From Macrostomum lignano (Eukaryota), in NCBI GenBank assembly GCA_002269645.1, contig NIVC01004669.1:1-38536 (forward strand): 38,536 nt of DNA. The letters run 5' to 3'. The translations under genes were made by a program, and so were the position numbers. How positions within the stretch are numbered: position 1 is the stretch's first letter; the number at the start of each line of letters is the position of its first letter. A model generated the notes under the pieces. It did no database searches. It had not been told where the DNA came from and worked only from the letters and a program-made list of their open reading frames with translations. Below are positions 32,316 to 38,536 of the stretch, in pieces.

Positions 32316-32629
32316 GTTTATCAGAGTCATTCAGATCCAAATTTAACATCTTGACAGCAATCTCCAAGTATGCATGCAGTCATATTGGATTATCAGGCAT
32401 ACAAAACAGGTGTTTCTGTTTAAAAAGGACAGAAAACTAACAACCTGTAATGCTAGAATAGGTTGCCAGATATCCAAGTGACAATAAATTAGCAGCACAA
32501 ATAGAGAAGCCTTCCAAGGTGGCGCGCACACCAACTTAGTGCAAAAGACAAGACTTATATAATAGATGATAAGCCAGTCTTTACACATAAACTTGGTCAG
32601 AGAATGGATTAATACTATCATCATAATAC
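32316..32629 (-). ncRNA. Long box C/D RNA, copy 2 (SNORD17/snR65-like site); 3' end uncertain
   Basis: C 32624-32618; TTAATCCATTCT+CTGA; shares GGTGTGCGCGCCA and TTATTGTCACTT with copy 1; candidate D 32324-32321. Confidence 0.55.
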
Positions 32630-32982
32630 TCTGATATTTTTATTTTGCAATCATGACTGTTGCATCTTATCTTACATTGGTACTTTAAGTAGCTACAAAT
32701 TTGCCTAAAATGAGTTTCCTTAAGCTTTTTATTCAAAATTTAGTTAATTTTGGTTTGCAATAGAGACTAATACAAGTAATAAGATAGGAATGAGATTTTT
32801 TTAATTATATACAATAAAAAAAGTCAAAAATTTGAGCTTTTAAAAATTAGCAAATTTTGATTTATGACAAAAAATGCTCTTTTGGAACATCATTTAATAA
32901 TGCTAAAGGTGTACAGTGCAATATATTATATAATAAATTGACACTATTTTCAAGCACACATCTGTAGGTTTTCACCCTTGGC

Positions 32983-33621
32983 AATTGTTATTTGTTTGGT
33001 GACCAGACAAATAGCAATGTGGTTAGGGCCTATTTGTCTGGTTACTGGATAATAGCCATCTTTCTTTATTCATCTAGTTAATACTGGACAAATAGGCATT
33101 TTGTTATTTGTCTAGTTAAATTGATATTCTATTTTATAGAAACTCCAAGGGTGAATATTCCAAGATTTTAAAGACTTTTACTTGTATACCAAATTATGCC
33201 AAATTGCATATATGCATTACATATATCTGCTTTGCTTGCACTAGTATAACAAAATATTAATCAGGATACTAGAAAAGGTCTTAAAAATCTAGAATATTTA
33301 TCACTAAACAAATAGATATTCATGTTAGCAATTTAACTAGACAAATAGCAACTAGGTTTATTTTTGTGCATAGAATGTATGCACCTTAAATCAAAAAATT
33401 GCACCCTGAAATTGAAACGTAACTGTGGTCTCAACCTATTATTTTTCTATTAAAACCTTATTTGCACTGCTTTAAAATAAGAAAAAGAGAAATTGCACTT
33501 TGAGCCCTAAAATTGCATATTGAAAATGAGTAAAGCCTAAGGTGCGATTTTGCATCTTGTCTTTAACAAAAAACCGAAATAGCAAAAGGTTATTTGTCTA
33601 GTCACTAGACAAATAACAACT
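32983..33621. mobile_element. Foldback/MITE-like element with palindromic TATTTGTCTAGTCACTAGACAAATA motifs
   Basis: ~32-bp inverted termini (32983-33014 vs 33590-33621), each itself a hairpin, with degenerate internal copies. Confidence 0.5.
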
Positions 33622-36594
33622 ACTTTCACCCTTTGAACTTGAAGTAGAGCCTATCTTTCGTAATGCTCAATGCAGCGTTTACAGGCTTTGCTAATTCTAT
33701 TCCAATAGGGATAAATATAATTTTAAAAAGCTACATATAATTGAAAGTTAGGCTAAAGTAGTAAAAAATCACAAGATTATATATTAGGCCTAAATACTAA
33801 GTCCAGTTTGCCTAGGTAGGTTACTAGGCTATTTCTAGTACTAAGATAGGCCCTTATAACATGGTATAACTTATAAGACCAAGACTACCACATACCAAGA
33901 TGGCCACACTTGAGGAGCTAAGGGAGGAATTTGGCGCACAATATATTATTGGATAGTGCTAAAGAGATGAGTTAATGAGTAGGTAGGAGAGCCAGTAAGA
34001 CAAGGCTGCAAAAGAGGAACCTAGGTCTAGGAGAGGAATAGCAATGCTAGCGCCTAGAAGATTGGTAGCTCTTCTCAATACCAGTAGCCAGTAATAGCTG
34101 TGGCAGTCTTAGTCATGTACCCTAACCCTAGTAGGCCCCTAGTACATTTAAAATTGAAACTAGGCCTAGCCCTAGTTTAGAGTTAGGCCTCACCTAATAC
34201 TACAACAAGAACTAGGCCTAGCCAGCTCACTTAGGCCTACTTTAACTTTACTGCAGCTTAAACCATTTGCCCTATAACTCTTAAGACATGTAGTCATAGG
34301 CCCGTAGTCAAAGGATGTTTGCTAGGCTGCCTAGCCTAGGATACTTACATTTAACATTTCAATCTGATCTGATATAGATTAGGGCTAGTGCCGGCTTGCG
34401 GTATACTAGCCCTAGCAGTGTCCATGGGAACTCCATGCCTCTGTTAGAAGTAGGCCCTATACTAAAGACAAAGCATTGCTCTTCTTTGCTAAGGGCCAGG
34501 CAGGTCTAGGAAATTAGCTATGGGCAGGCCGAGCATAGACAAAGTAGGCCTAAGGCAAGCTAGGCTAGGCTAGACTAAAATAAAAAAAACAGATTTAGAC
34601 ATAGATCATAGGGCTAGGTGGTGGGGAGTTACAATTAAAAGGGAAGCGAAGCCAAACAAGGCAGAAAAACTTTTTTCCACAGATACACAGTTGTTTAAGT
34701 AGACGAAGTAGGCTGTACTAAGGTTAGGCCTAGTGATCACGCTCTCCTGCCTCTCAGTGCCAGTTTATGGAGCGGGCTTGAGGGAGAACATCTTTTAAAA
34801 ATGCGTAAATTTTTTGTCAATGCAATTTAACTTTACGAATTTGAACAAATGTTACAAGCAATTTTGCCAAGAAGACTAGGAAAGCCATGCGGTACAAAAT
34901 TAATAGGGTAAAATTATATGTAGCATGATATTTTTGATAGTCTTGTATAACTAATTTTTTGCCATTATTTATTTTGAATTTACATAACTAATTTATACGG
35001 CCCGGCCCGTGAGAAGCTCTCACAATGGCTACATTGGAGCCGACGTACAATATTTCTTTTACCTTTTTCAAGCAGGATAACCCTCATCCGTCAAAACAAT
35101 GCATCCCATAAATTGCGCCCCATTATTGCCTAATATAGTTTCCTGCAAGCCCCGATGTACAATACCATGCAATTTTCCGTAAATTGCGCCCGCCCAAACG
35201 AAAGGGAAAAATTCACCACGAAAGCTCGATATGAATAACAGTAAAATGGCCATGTATCCCACGTACTGTACCTTCCTTGTATGCAGTTTCAGCCAACTAC
35301 AAGGCATCGCGTGGAAATACCTACTGAGAGAGGGAGACGATGGCGCCCAAACTTAGAGACCAGGCCAGGGGGCCGGGGCGCTTCTGGGAGACAGATACTG
35401 TTAGAGAGCGATGCCGAGAGAGAGTTATTTAATTTTGCGTCGTGTTGAGCTTTAAACTAATTGTACATGTATAGGCTTTGTGATATCGATTAATATAAGT
35501 TTATTTACTAGCGACCATGCAGTTAAAAATGCGTATACAATTCTAACACTGCACTATTATAAGCATATAAATGTGAGGTTCAAGCATAATTTGGATTGTA
35601 CATGTACATTGCAAAATATAAAACACCAGAAGTAAAATCATCATTGTCACGCAAGCACTAGGAAGCAGGCGCCTTCAGATAACTACCAAATTAAATTTTA
35701 CATGTACATTTAGATGACGCGCTTAACCCTGCATATAAAAATTTATAAATATAATAAAAAAGTACTTCACTGGCTCAAATAATACATACATGCACAAGTG
35801 TATGGCTACTACTACAGCTACACCGAAAGTCTTCTTTTGTAGCAGTATTTGAAATGGATAGATCCGAGACATAATTGCAACATGTGTGCTTCTTATCTAT
35901 AGTCATCGATCCTACCTAGCTGCACCTTTACTGTACCTCTTTACTTTGAGCTCTACATGTACATACCAAGTAAAGTACATGTATGTAAATGTACATGTGT
36001 GTACTTCTCGATCATTCTACTCTCATTTCAATGATTGCTTCGAAGGGTGGCAGATTCAGAAAAAGATATTTTTAATAACTCCCAAAAACAGTTGTGATCC
36101 ACGTAAACTGCCTGTTTGAATTTTATTTCACATCGACATTCGACAAACGCGCGTGAAAGGCAAATAAAAGCCTACTAGTATAGTACATGTATGTGCGAAG
36201 AACAAGCAGCCAGCATAATATGCATTTACTATACATGTACATACTCGTATATTTCGTACTATAGTAACAAACAGTACAAATTAGTCCAAATACATGTACA
36301 TGAAAATGTTAGATCTTATAGTTATAACTCCTATACTGTACTCGTATATAAATTAATAAAACAAAAATTTGTGACCGTTTAGTAAATCTGTGATAAGTGT
36401 ATCCAGTAAAGCCCAGTAATCAGCTACCTGTATATTTTTCTATGGAATTTTGGCTGATAGAAACAACAACGCGGCAATTTAAACTTTTTTCTTCTGTGAA
36501 TACGAAGAATGGAAATTGAAACTATAAGTACTCGTAGATGCAATAAATACGCAAAAAAGGCAAAAGTGAATCCGTGATAACGCTCGCATTTGTC

Positions 36595-37235
36595 ATAGGG
36601 GCGCTGAAGGTGTGGCGCCATAGGGGTGCTGAAGAGGTTCTATAGGGGTGTTGTGGGGTGCGCCATAGAGGGCGCTGAGGGGGTGCCATAGTGGGGGTGC
36701 CATAGGGTGCTGGGGGGTGCCATAGGGTGCTGTGGGGTGCCATAGGGGTGCGGGGTGCCATAGGGGTGCTGTGGGGGTGCCATAGGGGTGCTGTGGGTGC
36801 CACAGGGATGCTGTGGGGGGTGTCATAGGGTGCTGTGGGGGTGCCACAGGGGTGCTGTGGGGGGTGCCATACGGTGCTGGGGGGCGCCATAGGGGTGCTG
36901 TGGGGGGCGCCATAGAGGGTGCTGAAGAGGTGCTATAGGGGTGCTGTGGGGTGCGCCATAGAGGGCGCTGTGGGGGTGCCACAGGGGTGCTGTGGGGGTG
37001 CCACAGGGTGCTGTGGGGGGTGTCATACGGTGCTGTGGGGGGCGCCATAGGGGTTGCTGTGGGGGGCGCCATAGAGGGTGCTGAAGAGGTGCTTTAGGGG
37101 TGCTGAGGGTGCGCCATAAAGGGCACTGAGGGGCGCCATAGATGTGCTGGGGTGAGCCGTGGAGGGCGCTGAGGGGGTGCCATAGGGGTGCTGAGGGTGC
37201 GCCAAAGAGGGCGCTGAGGGGGCGCCATAGGGGGC
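36595..37235. repeat. G-rich ~21-bp minisatellite (GGGGTGCCATAGGGTGCTGTG-like)
   Basis: Direct. Confidence 0.92.
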
Positions 37236-37414
37236 GATGACAGGCTGTCTTAGAGGCGCTTTATAGGCTACCAAATCGTGGGTTTTCAATCGGGGCGAGG
37301 CCGGCCATACCCCGCGTACGCGCAGTCACTGGTGTAGTGCAGAGAAGCCGCGCGCGTGACAGAGAAAGCAGAAATATCAATTCACTTGAAGTAGTGGCCA
37401 CTAATTGACTTATT

Positions 37415-38536
37415 CTATAGGATTCGCCAGGGTTCAAAAGTGCACGGTGTACGCGCTTTCAGCCGGAGATGAGGCTCGTTCGAGATTGTGTCTGCAACCG
37501 AAAGCAGCGTCTCGGCTCCGGAGAAATTCTCATTGAACACCGATCGGGCCTCGTCGCTTGATAGTCGCTGTTCGAGCATTTCTTTGAGCCGCCGTAGCGA
37601 CCTTTCCAGCGCTCCGCTTCAAGGATTCTTGGCTTGGCTGAGCCCTGGTGCAGGTACTGGTGATAATAGCGGGCCTTTGATAACGGGATGGGAGAATATC
37701 GGGGATTTCGATTAGTTGCGTCAGAGAATTCGAATTACGATTTTGGAAGATTAGTTGTGAATTTCCAGGAATTCCATTTCATTTCTAAGAAAACTACATT
37801 CGTTTCTAGGGTTACTTTCAATTCTAGGAATCGTGGATTCCATTCTAGAAATTAAAGATTCGTTTCTAGGAATAAGGGATTCGATTCTAGGAATCGGGAT
37901 AATTTCGATTCTAGAATCGGGATAAATTCGATTCTAGGAATTGGGATTCGATTCTAGGAATCGGGGATGAATTCGATTCTAGGAATTGGGGATTCGATTC
38001 TAGGAATTGGGAATTCGATTCTAGGAATTGGGATTCGATTCTAGGAAGTAGGGATTCGATTCTAGGAATTGGGGATTCGATTCTAGGAATTGGGGATTCG
38101 ATTCTAGGAATTGGCGAATCGATTCTAGGAATTGGGGATTCGATTCTAGGAATTGGGGATTCGATTCTAGGAATTGGCGATTCGATTCTAGAATTGGGAT
38201 TCGATTCTAGGAATTGGGATTTGATTCTAGAAATTGGCGAATCGATTCTAGGAATTGGGATTCGATTCTAGGAATTGGGGATTCGATTCTAGGAATTGGG
38301 ATTCGATTCTAGGAATTGGCGATTCGATTCTAGGAATTGGGATTCGATTCTAGGAATTGGGGATTCGATTCTAGGAATTGGGATTCGATTCTAGGAATTG
38401 CAGATTGGATTCAGGGGACACATTTTGCTAATGAATTCGCACCTGCCGACTATGAACAGCCCATGGCGGCAGCTCGCAAATCCAGAATTTATTGAGCAGC
38501 CTGTCGCGCTCCTCAGCATAGAACTGGATTCCGCCA
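37415..38536 (-). CDS. Possible 3' part of an unknown protein-coding gene (two exons, runs off the window)
   Basis: Exon >38536-38443 (GGIQFYAEERDRLLNKFWICELPPWAVHSRQ, donor GTGCGA) and exon 37644-37415 (GSAKPRILEAE / ALERSLRRLKEMLEQRLSSDEARSVF..., requiring one 1-nt correction). No family recognised. Confidence 0.35.
37800..38402. repeat. 20-21-bp minisatellite GATTCGATTCTAGGAATTGGG
   Basis: Direct. Confidence 0.95.

Larger units (their letters stand above)
24420..32630 (-). ncRNA. Multi-exon, probably non-coding snoRNA host transcript (UHG/GAS5-like); both ends uncertain
   Basis: Short AG..GT-bounded exons between snoRNAs: 30854-30820, 29928-29889, 29672-29636, 28149-28098, 27879-27839, 26957-26918, 26663-26605, 25193-25140, 24919-24874, 24598-24574 and 24536 onward. 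Lengths 25-59 nt; paralogous exons differ by non-triplet lengths (37 vs 35). Confidence 0.7.

Noticed and set aside
24600-32630. Dispersed short repeats with unique spacers superficially like a CRISPR array
   Set aside because: Eukaryotic context, no constant repeat or spacer length, no cas genes; explained by C/D boxes and duplicated guides.
36424-37289. MAPPTAP-type ORFs
   Set aside because: Translations of the G-rich minisatellite.

Overview
Eukaryotic, intron-containing, repeat-rich animal DNA. GC-rich exons, AT-rich spacers and (GACA)n-filled introns suggest a free-living flatworm such as Macrostomum, but that is inference only. Contents in order: (1) a 26-bp minisatellite interrupted by a tRNA-derived SINE. 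(2) A six-exon minus-strand gene (13144 to 1098, about 1300 aa) for a KY/hillarin-like pseudo-transglutaminase with an E/R/K-rich single-alpha-helix rod and a C-terminus resembling the dynein heavy-chain microtubule-binding domain; its 3' exons need 1-nt frame corrections. (3) In intron 3, antisense, a decayed Ngaro/DIRS-type tyrosine-recombinase retrotransposon whose Gag CCCH finger is amplified ten-fold. (4) Two tandem intronless secreted PAN-like+LamG paralogs disabled by different lesions. (5) An intronless MCTS1 with a splice acceptor 2 nt before its ATG. (6) The main result: the apparently empty AT-rich block 24.6-32.6 kb is a minus-strand cluster of about 27 box C/D snoRNAs in a micro-exon, apparently non-coding host transcript. 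Recognisable guides target 18S, 28S and U6; several snoRNAs share an intron, and some predicted targets I do not recall from human or yeast. (7) Further minisatellites, MITE-like elements and the 3' part of another minus-strand gene at the right edge. Most long ORFs in the supplied track are artefacts of simple repeats. rRNA/snRNA target sequences, modification numbers and reference snoRNA names are recalled from conserved eukaryotic sequences and were not checked against this organism's rRNA.
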